Assembly (NCBI GenBank): GCA_029856145.1
Contig: JAHQWK010000001.1
Location: 512,001-576,000 of the forward strand
Direction: 5' to 3'
Length of the DNA: 64,000 bases
Source of the DNA: Promethearchaeia archaeon
Lineage (GTDB): Archaea; Asgardarchaeota; Lokiarchaeia; Sigyniarchaeales; SOKP01
In this document: positions 40,688-49,615 of the stretch, in pieces
How the letters are laid out: each line of letters starts with the position of its first letter
Numbering within the stretch: position 1 is the first letter of the stretch
Notes under the pieces: model-generated
What the model was told of the DNA's origin: nothing
The model's database searches: none
The model's input: the letters and a program-made list of their open reading frames with translations, nothing else
Made by a program: the position numbers and the translations under genes

Positions 40688-41431
40688 GTGTTTTTCTTAG
40701 CCGCTGAGGCTAATAATGGGGATACTATAGGTCTTGGTGAATTAGGTTCTGCTATAGGGATAAGTAAAATACAAGCCCATCTTTATCAGGGGTATGGTTT
40801 TGGTGAAGATCACTTTGGGAAAATTTCGAATTATGTCAAGACACTATTAAGAAACATGCCACCAAATTCCGATACAGAGATTATCATAATAGCAAGAAAA
40901 GTTATAGGTGAATACGAGAGTACATATGAATCTAGACAAAGAGAATTAAATGATATAAAGGGAGATAAGTCATTCTTTCAAGGGAATGTTCGTAAATACA
41001 TTGAAAATCTTTTTGGTGTGGAGTTCTTTTCAGAAAAGCAAGTTAAAATGGCTGTGAGTGTCAGGGAGGTGACTATTATAAATGATGATGGTAATCGGGA
41101 GACAATTAAGGTCCATGGCGGGGTTAAATTTGACGGTTATTTAGAGTTGACTCGACCTCTTAAGGATTATCTAGGTATAGATGACAAGTGGCTTGGTATT
41201 GCTTTTGAGGCTATGGGGACGTATTGGCATAGCTTACCTGCGCAGAAAGAAGCCGATCGAAAGAAGCGCTTAATTTGTAAGGAGAAGAATGTGATTTTGC
41301 TAGAAATTTGGGAGAGTTGGGATGAATCCACATATTTAACTGAGATTCTTAAGCAAATCAAAGATCAGACGGGGCTAGTGATTAAGCAAGAAAAATTAAA
41401 TGAGCTAAGTAAATATATTGGCGATAGGTAG
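40688..41431 (+). CDS. PD-(D/E)XK/Vsr-DUF559-like endonuclease domain protein, possibly a 5'-truncated remnant
   Basis: KFDGY...IAFEAMGTYWH...D..K...C....V.L..IW; the frame is open to ~40610 without an ATG. Confidence 0.65.
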   Translation: MFFLAAEANNGDTIGLGELGSAIGISKIQAHLYQGYGFGEDHFGKISNYVKTLLRNMPPNSDTEIIIIARKVIGEYESTYESRQRELNDIKGDKSFFQGNVRKYIENLFGVEFFSEKQVKMAVSVREVTIINDDGNRETIKVHGGVKFDGYLELTRPLKDYLGIDDKWLGIAFEAMGTYWHSLPAQKEADRKKRLICKEKNVILLEIWESWDESTYLTEILKQIKDQTGLVIKQEKLNELSKYIGDR

Positions 41432-41498
41432 CATTAATTTTAAATAATAATTTCACTATTTTTTTTATGAAGCTTAAGTTTGGTTTTTATTTCTGGTC

Positions 41499-42110
41499 AT
41501 GACAGATTATATTTGCAGGCAAGATTTTAAGGATTGTCCATATAGAGTATATGACTTGGAAAAAAAGGATTCTTTCTGCAATTATTTTCACTTGCACGCT
41601 CAGTTTATCATCAGTCGTGAGTTCTCAAAGATACCCTCTTTAATACAGAGGGCTTGTGAGTGGGTGCAGAAGGATGAAGCTAGGTTGAAATTTATAAGGG
41701 AGATCACAAAGAGGAGAGGACTAGATCTATTAAAAAACGCTCAGATAGGTGATATAGTTTTTTGCTATGTAGGGACTTATCATGAGGTTAAGTTGATTGA
41801 GAAACCATTAGATGGTTCAATATTCGTAACGTGCGAGACACCAAGCGGGAAAGTTATTCGAGTACAACCCCGCGACCTTGGTAGAATTTCGAAAGGGTTC
41901 TATTTCAGTGAATATTATATCGAGGGAATAAGAAACAAGAAGCAAGCACAAGAGATCGAATATAAAGCGAAATATAATGGCTTTAGAGCTGAAATTGAGA
42001 GAAAAGATAATGGGTATGTTTTGAAAATTTATGGAGATTCCCAACAAGAAGTTGACGACTTTATAAATCTCTCTTTAGAGCAAGATTTTGATATTTCTCC
42101 TTACATATGA
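41499..42110 (+). CDS. Hypothetical protein (N-terminal Cys/His cluster, SH3/KOW-like middle)
   Basis: Uninterrupted 203-aa ORF with ATG start; no family recognised. Confidence 0.6.
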   Translation: MTDYICRQDFKDCPYRVYDLEKKDSFCNYFHLHAQFIISREFSKIPSLIQRACEWVQKDEARLKFIREITKRRGLDLLKNAQIGDIVFCYVGTYHEVKLIEKPLDGSIFVTCETPSGKVIRVQPRDLGRISKGFYFSEYYIEGIRNKKQAQEIEYKAKYNGFRAEIERKDNGYVLKIYGDSQQEVDDFINLSLEQDFDISPYI

Positions 42111-42221
42111 GATCCTGAGAAATTTTGTTAAGAAAAAAAAATTTAAAAAAATTAACCTAATTACTTATTTTAAGTTCTTCTTTGACCCATCTCGGTATTT
42201 GGTTACTATCCTCTGCTAGAA

Positions 42222-44477
42222 TTACTTGATCGGCCTCGAATTCGCTTGAAAAATAGGCCCAATGAACTGAGAATAAAGTTTAGCATAACCTTCTTGATTA
42301 GAGACAATTGCTATAAGTTCCGTCTCTTTTTCTGTAGCAGGTGCAAGGATTACTTCCTCCGCATCCCGAGTAACAGCAAAAAATTCACCGGTTGTTTGTA
42401 GTTGCCGGAACTGTATGTTTCCAAGTTGACGCATCTTCGCGATTATCCCGCTGTATTGCTGTATATCCCAATGTGTTGTTAACATAAACCGTACAGCCTT
42501 TTTCTGGAAAGCGTATTCAGAAACAACCTGTAGAATCTCAGGAACTACATATGGGGTAACGATGATAATTGAAGATTTTACTCGATAAATTGCATCTTTT
42601 ATAGCCGCAACCATGGCGTCTTTTCCAATCACAGGCCATGTTGTAACCTTAGCTATTTCTGGAATCGCGCTAGAGGCGTTATGAATATCAGATAACTTAC
42701 TTTCATTATTTTCACCTAATTCAGTAGCATCATCGATTGAATTCATAAATTGTAAAGTAAAATCAGCTATAGCATCTTTAACATTTTGATTAGTATCTCT
42801 TGTAGTATTTGATAAACTATTTTGAAGAGTTTTTGCGTTTTGTTCATATTTAGACTTATGATCTAAGAGCATATCGGATAAAGTAGTGTCCATACCTTTA
42901 GCTTCAGCATTCCATAATCTAATTTCACTATCAATTTTCTCTGAGCAATCTCTTTTACCATTATCAAAATTTGTATCGACATCTCTTGTCCAGTCAGCAC
43001 TTATTCTTTTAATTTCAAGATCAAAATCAGTATAATGTTTTAAAGAATTTTCCTTATGATTTTTTATTGCGTCATCGTATTGTCTATGATGCGTTTTAAG
43101 TGAGCTTTCTAGAGAATCTTTTAATTTTATTCTGGTGTCAGAACAATCTTTTACACCATTTTGTAAAGTATCATCTACTTCTCCAGCTAAATCAGTGGCA
43201 AGGGTTTCTAGTTGTGCTTCTATAGTTTCTTGAGCACGATAATCAAGATCGTTAGTTTCATTAGCTAATCCGTCATTTTCATTTACCATAGTATCAGTTA
43301 CATCAGATTTTATAGTATCTGTGGTTCCTCGAGTATCTGTGATATAACCGTCGCAAGTCTTTGTAAAATCAGGTTTCATTGGTTCTGTATAATTTAATAT
43401 ATTTTGTATAGTTGTTTCATGTCTTGCTTTGTATTTTTTCTTTTTACCCATCCAGAAAAATCCTTTTTTTGCCATATCCTCTGAGAAGTCAGTAAACCTA
43501 TTAGCATGTTCAAGTAAGTTATCAATTAACGTTAGTGTCATACTTTTAAAATCATTTGTCTGGTCATTCAACGTTCTATGTCTCTCATCAACAGTGGCTT
43601 TTAGGCGTGTTTGGAGAGTATCAGTAGTATTTTTCACATGATTAATGTGTTCTTTTAACAAGTTTGAAATTTTAGCTTTTAGATCAGTGATAACTTTTTC
43701 CATGCGTTCTAAATACTTTTCTAGGATTTGTTCCATTTTAGGTTTAAGTTGATTTGCGATATTTTTATGTCTTTCAACGTGCTCATCAAGTTCCATTTTT
43801 GATTCTTTATCTAAATTCTCAACTCTCGTTGAAAAATCACTTAATAAGTTCGCAATTAAAGTCGTAAGATTGTCTTTTGTTTTAGTGATTTCAGATTCAT
43901 TTCTATTTACACTTGTTACTGAAATATTTTTTAAATTCGAATTTAGTGTATCCAAAATAGTATGAATATTACTTTCTAATGTCTTAGTAGTCTCAGTAAA
44001 ACGATTAGTAGCACTATCAATTCGGTTCCTTTTAGTATTATTCTTTGAATCGGAGTCTTCGAAAAATACTTTGATTTGGGTATCAACAGCATTTTCTACT
44101 TCCCCAATACTTTTGTCTTGAATAGCTTCAAGCTTCTCAAATCGATTAGATTGATCGGCTAAGATATTATCCTTAATTTTGGCAATTTCATTTCTAAATT
44201 TTGCTGCTTCATTAGTAAATAATTCGAAATATGGCTGAAGTGGAATGTACCTATCAATAATACCTTCAACTTTCTTGAGGAAACCTTTCTCAACTAACCA
44301 ATTAGTGACTTCTAATACAGTTTCATATGTTAGAGCTTCATTTCCTTCTGTTAAAGTCATGAATACTTCAGAAGGTGTTGCACGTGGAACTCTTAAATAC
44401 ACTAAATAGATGTTGATATGTTCCTCAGTAAAACCATATCGAGTGAATACTTCTTTAGTGAAATCTTTTAACGACAT
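42222..44477 (-). CDS. TrmB-like wHTH + ~500-aa coiled coil + PLD-fold (TrmB effector-like) domain protein
   Basis: YGF.EE.INIY..L...L.EKGFL wHTH; long amphipathic helices; SIIIVTPY...RDAEEVILAP. Confidence 0.75.
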   Translation of the reverse strand: MSLKDFTKEVFTRYGFTEEHINIYLVYLRVPRATPSEVFMTLTEGNEALTYETVLEVTNWLVEKGFLKKVEGIIDRYIPLQPYFELFTNEAAKFRNEIAKIKDNILADQSNRFEKLEAIQDKSIGEVENAVDTQIKVFFEDSDSKNNTKRNRIDSATNRFTETTKTLESNIHTILDTLNSNLKNISVTSVNRNESEITKTKDNLTTLIANLLSDFSTRVENLDKESKMELDEHVERHKNIANQLKPKMEQILEKYLERMEKVITDLKAKISNLLKEHINHVKNTTDTLQTRLKATVDERHRTLNDQTNDFKSMTLTLIDNLLEHANRFTDFSEDMAKKGFFWMGKKKKYKARHETTIQNILNYTEPMKPDFTKTCDGYITDTRGTTDTIKSDVTDTMVNENDGLANETNDLDYRAQETIEAQLETLATDLAGEVDDTLQNGVKDCSDTRIKLKDSLESSLKTHHRQYDDAIKNHKENSLKHYTDFDLEIKRISADWTRDVDTNFDNGKRDCSEKIDSEIRLWNAEAKGMDTTLSDMLLDHKSKYEQNAKTLQNSLSNTTRDTNQNVKDAIADFTLQFMNSIDDATELGENNESKLSDIHNASSAIPEIAKVTTWPVIGKDAMVAAIKDAIYRVKSSIIIVTPYVVPEILQVVSEYAFQKKAVRFMLTTHWDIQQYSGIIAKMRQLGNIQFRQLQTTGEFFAVTRDAEEVILAPATEKETELIAIVSNQEGYAKLYSQFIGPIFQANSRPIK

Positions 44478-44632
44478 AAATTTTTCTCCATTAATTTGAA
44501 TTTGAATTTAAATTAAATTAGATTTAAGATGAATTCCTTATAAATATTGTAATTTGGAAATATTTAATAATATTTTCAAAATCATAATATTAAAACTTAA
44601 GTTCAAAGTAGCTTCAAGAATTAAAACAGATA

Positions 44633-44836
44633 ATGGAACAAGATGGTAGAACAATAATTCAGGGACAACTTGGCTATCTTACAGCTACTAATGAAACTAC
44701 GATCCCGATACTAGGGGCAAAAACAATTGAAAAAATTGAAGAGAACGCTAAAATATTGGAATTTGGTTCTCTATTATCAGATTTGGTAAAAAAAATTGAT
44801 AATCTGTGGGCAGACAAGTTTAAATTAATACCATGA
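44633..44836 (+). CDS. Small hypothetical protein
   Basis: 67-aa ATG ORF with protein-like composition. Confidence 0.4.
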   Translation: MEQDGRTIIQGQLGYLTATNETTIPILGAKTIEKIEENAKILEFGSLLSDLVKKIDNLWADKFKLIP

Positions 44837-45031
44837 GTTAATGGGGTTGTATAGAATATTATTTGAAAATATTCATATTAATTAATCGATATCCTAATAT
44901 AACACAATATTTCATAATTTACTTATTTGTAGGATGCTTTCTCAGTTTAATTGGGAAGAATTATTCCTTAATGCTTTTATTACCAACTTCTTTTTTTATA
45001 ATTAGAACAAATTTGGTGTTTAAAAAAAATT

Positions 45032-45712
45032 ATGAAAAAATTTAGCAAAATAGCACTTGGATCTTTTGTCTTTCTTATGTTATTTTCGATATTCAATATT
45101 TCTAGTGTTTTAGCCGTTGAATCAAATGAAATTATGGTTAATGAAGAAAATCTTTATCAATACCAGATTGAAGCTAATAATCAAGTAATGTTCAGGTTCA
45201 TGCAACAAACTCGGTTAACATTCATGTCTAACGTAGATCTTGAAGTAAACATAGAATGCGACGCATCAGAAATTGGTGTGAAATACTTTGAAATAGAAGT
45301 AAATGGTTCAGGACCCCTATTAATGAATATGACTTGTACAGAAGAACAAGTACAACTTGGTTTAATGAAAGGATTTACTTACAGAATAAGAAACAGAAAT
45401 AGATATTTATACGAAGAGGGATTCTGTGCACAAATAAAATGCAATGGTACTTGTGATGCAAAACTTAAAATCCAAGCAAATCATCGAAATCAAAATGGAC
45501 AATGGGCACATTACAATGAAAATTCTGAAGAATGGGAACTAGTACCAACTACAATAGAGGATGGATATTTAGTTGCTGAAACAAGCGATTTCTCTTATTG
45601 GACTATATTAATCCCACAACCAGATAATACAATTTTGATTGTTGTTAGCATAGGAGGAATTTTAGGAATTATTGCTATTATTTCAGTGATGAATTATAAG
45701 AGAAGAAAGTAA
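45032..45712 (+). CDS. Signal-peptide surface protein with GAIN/GPS-like juxtamembrane motif and C-terminal TM anchor
   Basis: Signal peptide (SVLA), beta-rich ectodomain ending WELVPT..EDGYLVAETSDFSYWTILI, TM, KRRK stop-transfer tail. Confidence 0.75.
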   Translation: MKKFSKIALGSFVFLMLFSIFNISSVLAVESNEIMVNEENLYQYQIEANNQVMFRFMQQTRLTFMSNVDLEVNIECDASEIGVKYFEIEVNGSGPLLMNMTCTEEQVQLGLMKGFTYRIRNRNRYLYEEGFCAQIKCNGTCDAKLKIQANHRNQNGQWAHYNENSEEWELVPTTIEDGYLVAETSDFSYWTILIPQPDNTILIVVSIGGILGIIAIISVMNYKRRK

Positions 45713-45723
45713 AAGATTTCAAA

Positions 45724-45736
45724 TTTTTTTTTTTTT
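45724..45736 (+). terminator. Oligo-T archaeal terminator
   Basis: T13 run 12 nt after the stop of 45032-45712. Confidence 0.5.
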
Positions 45737-45780
45737 AAAAATTTTAATATAATAATATTTTAATATAATAATTAGAAATA

Positions 45781-47040
45781 TTGGAAAGAATACAGTTGGG
45801 TATTGTTAGTGTACTAAAAAGGAAAAACTACAAGTATAGTGTTCTAGTTATTTTAATTATTTTCCTTGGGTTTAATTTCTTTCTTGTAAATATAAATGCT
45901 CGAAAAGAAACTATCGTTGGTTTTTCAACTCAAGATATGGTTCAACCAAATGAAAAAGTATCTTATCGTTTTCTAAATAATATAACTTTTGAAATTTCTT
46001 CAAATACTTTACTCAATCTTTCTATTGAATATGAAAATAATATTGAGGATCGTCAAACATATTTCATCATTAATAATAGTAATCCACTTTCATTAAACAT
46101 ATCTTCTAAAACGAGTTTACAGAACTTTGGTGTGATGCAAGCCCCAAAACAACCTCAAATGGGTAATTTTCGATTTCAGTACAGGTACAACTGTATCTAT
46201 CGAATAAGTTCGAACACATCAATTGAGAATGTAACCATTCGATATAGAAAACTTCAATATTATGGTTTAAATCCAGAAACTTCATATTCTTTAGCGATAT
46301 TTGAGATTTCCCAAGATTCATGGGAATTAATTGATACTTTCGAGCTTGTTAATGAAACAAGCTCAGAAACATATTTAGAAAGTTCTCTTTCAAATCTACA
46401 ACAAGATACTGAATATTTTATTACTCTTTTTGAAGTTGGGATTATACAGGAGGATTGGAATTGGTTAATAATTACAATTTCTATAATTGGTATTGTTTCT
46501 TTAGTAATTTTAATTTCAAAAAGAGATTATTTCCAATACTTGAGAACAAGAACAGTACCAATAGAGAAAGGAGCTCATCGATTAACCTTAGAAGATGTTT
46601 TGGAAAATGAAAATCGAAATAAAATAATCGATTTAATTCTAAATGGACCTGGAATCCATTTTAATGAATTATTACGAAAAACAGGACTAGCAGCAGGAAA
46701 TTTAGTGTGGCATCTCGATATTTTGCTAACGTACAAAGTGATTGGCAAGAAAAGAATTGGAAATTTACTTGTTTATTTTCCTTATTATCAAAAAAACCCA
46801 ATTTCAAATGTTGATATAACATTACAAAAAAGCAAATTGACTTTAGAAATCTTAAAAATGATTGAAAAGGATCCGGGAATTTGGAATAATCTAATTACTA
46901 AGAAACTTAAAGTTGATCACAAAACAATATTATACCATATAAATAAACTAGAAGAGCTAGGCTTGATTAATTTTAAAAAGGAAGGAAGGAAAAAAAGAAT
47001 ATTTCCAAATCTAGAGTCGGATTATTTCAATATTAAGTAG
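45781..47040 (+). CDS. Membrane-tethered transcription regulator: ectodomain + TM + tandem winged-HTH
   Basis: N-terminal hydrophobic segment, ectodomain homologous to the upstream gene, TM, VLENENR..I...I...PGIHF.EL...L.WHL..L and a second PGI...I...L..DHKTI.YHI.KL...G HTH. Confidence 0.85.
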   Translation: MERIQLGIVSVLKRKNYKYSVLVILIIFLGFNFFLVNINARKETIVGFSTQDMVQPNEKVSYRFLNNITFEISSNTLLNLSIEYENNIEDRQTYFIINNSNPLSLNISSKTSLQNFGVMQAPKQPQMGNFRFQYRYNCIYRISSNTSIENVTIRYRKLQYYGLNPETSYSLAIFEISQDSWELIDTFELVNETSSETYLESSLSNLQQDTEYFITLFEVGIIQEDWNWLIITISIIGIVSLVILISKRDYFQYLRTRTVPIEKGAHRLTLEDVLENENRNKIIDLILNGPGIHFNELLRKTGLAAGNLVWHLDILLTYKVIGKKRIGNLLVYFPYYQKNPISNVDITLQKSKLTLEILKMIEKDPGIWNNLITKKLKVDHKTILYHINKLEELGLINFKKEGRKKRIFPNLESDYFNIK

Positions 47041-47223
47041 ACAACATCTTCTCTTTTTAACATAAATGTGCAATTCACATCTCTTAATACTTTATCTTAA
47101 ATTTCCTAATTGGGAAAAATTATACCTTAACTCTTTATTAAAATTATTCTATTTTAAAAGTTGATAAAAAAATAATATAAAAGGTGTAGTGAAATTAGTG
47201 TAACTAATTTAAAAAAGGAAATA

Positions 47224-47622
47224 ATGATATTTTTTGATTTACTATTTAAAAAAACTGATGCAATTTCCTGTAGTTTAATAGATCAAGAAGATAATGTTAT
47301 AATCTCTAAAAATCAAGATTCAAACTCTCAAACTTATCAGGTTGAGCTTAAAAAATTATATAAGGTTATTAAATTAATATCAAAAAATTTTAAAACACTT
47401 TTAGATTATCAGACAAAAATCCAAACTATTATGGTTTCTGAGATAAATAACATTGAAGATAAAGGATTTTTTCTTTTAATAAAATCTTTTAATGTAGATA
47501 AAACATTAATAGCTATTTTTCCTCCTACTACCCCTCATCAAGATGCTTTTAATAAGTTCAAGAAGACAATTAAAATACTATCATATTATTTCAGTAAATT
47601 AGAATCCCCTCTTATTAGCTAA
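47224..47622 (+). CDS. Divergent roadblock/longin-like protein
   Basis: ISCSLIDQEDNVII, helix, three beta strands, C-terminal helix. Confidence 0.5.
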   Translation: MIFFDLLFKKTDAISCSLIDQEDNVIISKNQDSNSQTYQVELKKLYKVIKLISKNFKTLLDYQTKIQTIMVSEINNIEDKGFFLLIKSFNVDKTLIAIFPPTTPHQDAFNKFKKTIKILSYYFSKLESPLIS

Positions 47623-47859
47623 AAAATCTCTCGTATCAGATTTTTTTAAAGGCTGGCAAACCAGGATTTAATTTGAGGAGCACAACGAGTACTTAGATTT
47701 TAAATTAGGTATCGGCATCAATTTAGAAATATCCAATTTTCACATTATATATTTCGGAAAATAATCGAGAAGTGTTGAAAAGTGTTATAGGATATTAGAA
47801 AAGCATTTTTAATTGTTATTTGATTAGATATTATTAAAAATATTAAATGAAATTTAAAA

Positions 47860-48363
47860 ATGATAGATCCAGAGGTATTTTTAAAATTTCTTAAAGGAAG
47901 AAGAAGTATTAGATCATTTCAAGATAAGTCAATAACAGAAAAAGAATTAGGAATGATTTTAGAAGCGGGAAGATGGACTCCCAGTGCTTCACACCGACAA
48001 CCATGGGAGTTTATTGTGATAAAAAATAACGAAATTTTAGAGAAAATCTCTAAAAATGCATTTTATGGTAAATTCATAAAAGAAGCACCAGTTGCAATTG
48101 CTATTGTCGGCAAGATTAAAACTAGTAGTAAGTGGTATTTAATCGATACATCACTAGTTTCAATGAATATGATGTTAATGGCATGGACCTTAGGAATAGG
48201 ATCTTGCTGGATAGGAGCCATGAACAGAGAAAAGGTAAAAAACTTATTAGGATTAAAGGAAACTGATCATCTTTTAACTATATTACCTTTCGGTTATATA
48301 AAAGGGAGTATTCCAGAACCTAAACCCAGGAAACCTCTAAATAAAATAGTAAAAAATGTATAA
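47860..48363 (+). CDS. Nitroreductase family protein
   Basis: RRSIRSF, TPSA.H.QPWEF, LGIGSCWIG. Confidence 0.93.
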   Translation: MIDPEVFLKFLKGRRSIRSFQDKSITEKELGMILEAGRWTPSASHRQPWEFIVIKNNEILEKISKNAFYGKFIKEAPVAIAIVGKIKTSSKWYLIDTSLVSMNMMLMAWTLGIGSCWIGAMNREKVKNLLGLKETDHLLTILPFGYIKGSIPEPKPRKPLNKIVKNV

Positions 48364-48377
48364 TTTTCTCAGAACAA

Positions 48378-49544
48378 TTATAGTGAAATTGTTATTTCTT
48401 CAAGAGTCTCTGGGGCTTTAGTTAACTTTTGATATCCTTCTTCTGTTATTAAAACAGTGTCAGAATGACGAAATCCGCCTATTCCTGGAATATATATACC
48501 AGGTTCGACACTTATTACCATATTTTTTTCAAAAGGTTTATCATAACCCTCAGCTAGAAATGGTGCTTCATGCCCCGTAATACCAAGACCATGTCCTGTA
48601 CGATGTATGATATAATCACCATATCCTTTTTCTGTAATTAATTTCCTTACTTTTTTATCCACTTCACTCATAATTATACCTGGTTTGAGCATACCATATG
48701 CTAAAGCTCTTGCTTCAAACATCGCTTCAAAAGGTTTTATAGTCTCCTCGGGTACATGTCCTAAGAAAAAAGTTCTTTCAATCTCAACTCCATAACCATC
48801 TACCTGAGCAGATACTATTGAAACATGAGGACCACCTTCTTCCATCTCTTTAAAGATATGTGGTATTAAGTGAGGGTCATGTGAAATTGATGGTGGCCAA
48901 ACAGCTCCTGTAGTTTCTGTGGCTCTAAAGTTAGCATGGGGTATATCTTGTACTATTTTAGATGTCATAGCATCAGTGACTTCTTTATATAAGGCAAACT
49001 CAAGAATTTTTGGACGACATTTTTTTAGCAATACCTTATGACCTTTATTCACTACTCTACATGCATGATAAATACGTCCAATCTCATAATCAGTTTTAAT
49101 AATTCTGACATCGTCAATTATATCTGTTACCACAATTTTTCCAGGAGTCTTATTAGCAATACCGATTGGTAATTCGGATTCAATTCCAACCTTAGCATCT
49201 AACTTAATTTGCTTCTGAAAATGATCATACCAATTTTCACCGCTTTTAGCAGGAAATTCATAATATATAACAAATCCAAGTTCGCATCGAGCTCTAGATT
49301 CAAAATGACCCTTTTCTAATTGAGGGATCAACATTTTTGGTATTCCTTCTTTCTCTATAATTAATAAAAAAGGGCGCTCATGCACATAAAAGGCAAAATT
49401 GGTTAAATAGTAGATATTTACGGGATTAAATGAAACATAATAATCCAAATTCTTTGCTTTCATTAATGATCTGACCTTCTCTAGACGATTCGATAACTCT
49501 TCACTACTAGGAGGGCTTGTAATCGCTTTAAGTTTTATACTCAT
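48378..49544 (-). CDS. M24 family hydrolase (Xaa-Pro peptidase / creatinase-like)
   Basis: Creatinase N-domain, HRTGHGLG..HEAP, SVEPGIY, FRHSDT. Confidence 0.88.
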   Translation of the reverse strand: MSIKLKAITSPPSSEELSNRLEKVRSLMKAKNLDYYVSFNPVNIYYLTNFAFYVHERPFLLIIEKEGIPKMLIPQLEKGHFESRARCELGFVIYYEFPAKSGENWYDHFQKQIKLDAKVGIESELPIGIANKTPGKIVVTDIIDDVRIIKTDYEIGRIYHACRVVNKGHKVLLKKCRPKILEFALYKEVTDAMTSKIVQDIPHANFRATETTGAVWPPSISHDPHLIPHIFKEMEEGGPHVSIVSAQVDGYGVEIERTFFLGHVPEETIKPFEAMFEARALAYGMLKPGIIMSEVDKKVRKLITEKGYGDYIIHRTGHGLGITGHEAPFLAEGYDKPFEKNMVISVEPGIYIPGIGGFRHSDTVLITEEGYQKLTKAPETLEEITISL

Positions 49545-49615
49545 AATTTATATCTATAATTTATTAGAATATAATAATCATATAAGACTAAATTATAAAT
49601 AAAACATTTATTTTC

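Noticed and set aside
42222-44477. SMC/Rad50 or chemoreceptor assignment for the long coiled coil
   Set aside because: No Walker A/B, ABC signature, zinc hook or MCP hairpin motif
44863-45045. 60-aa ORF upstream of the surface protein
   Set aside because: TTG start, composition typical of translated AT-rich intergenic DNA, and it covers the likely promoter
47625-47780. Relatively GC-rich intergenic stretch that might be an ncRNA
   Set aside because: No tRNA cloverleaf or recognisable RNA motif could be built by eye
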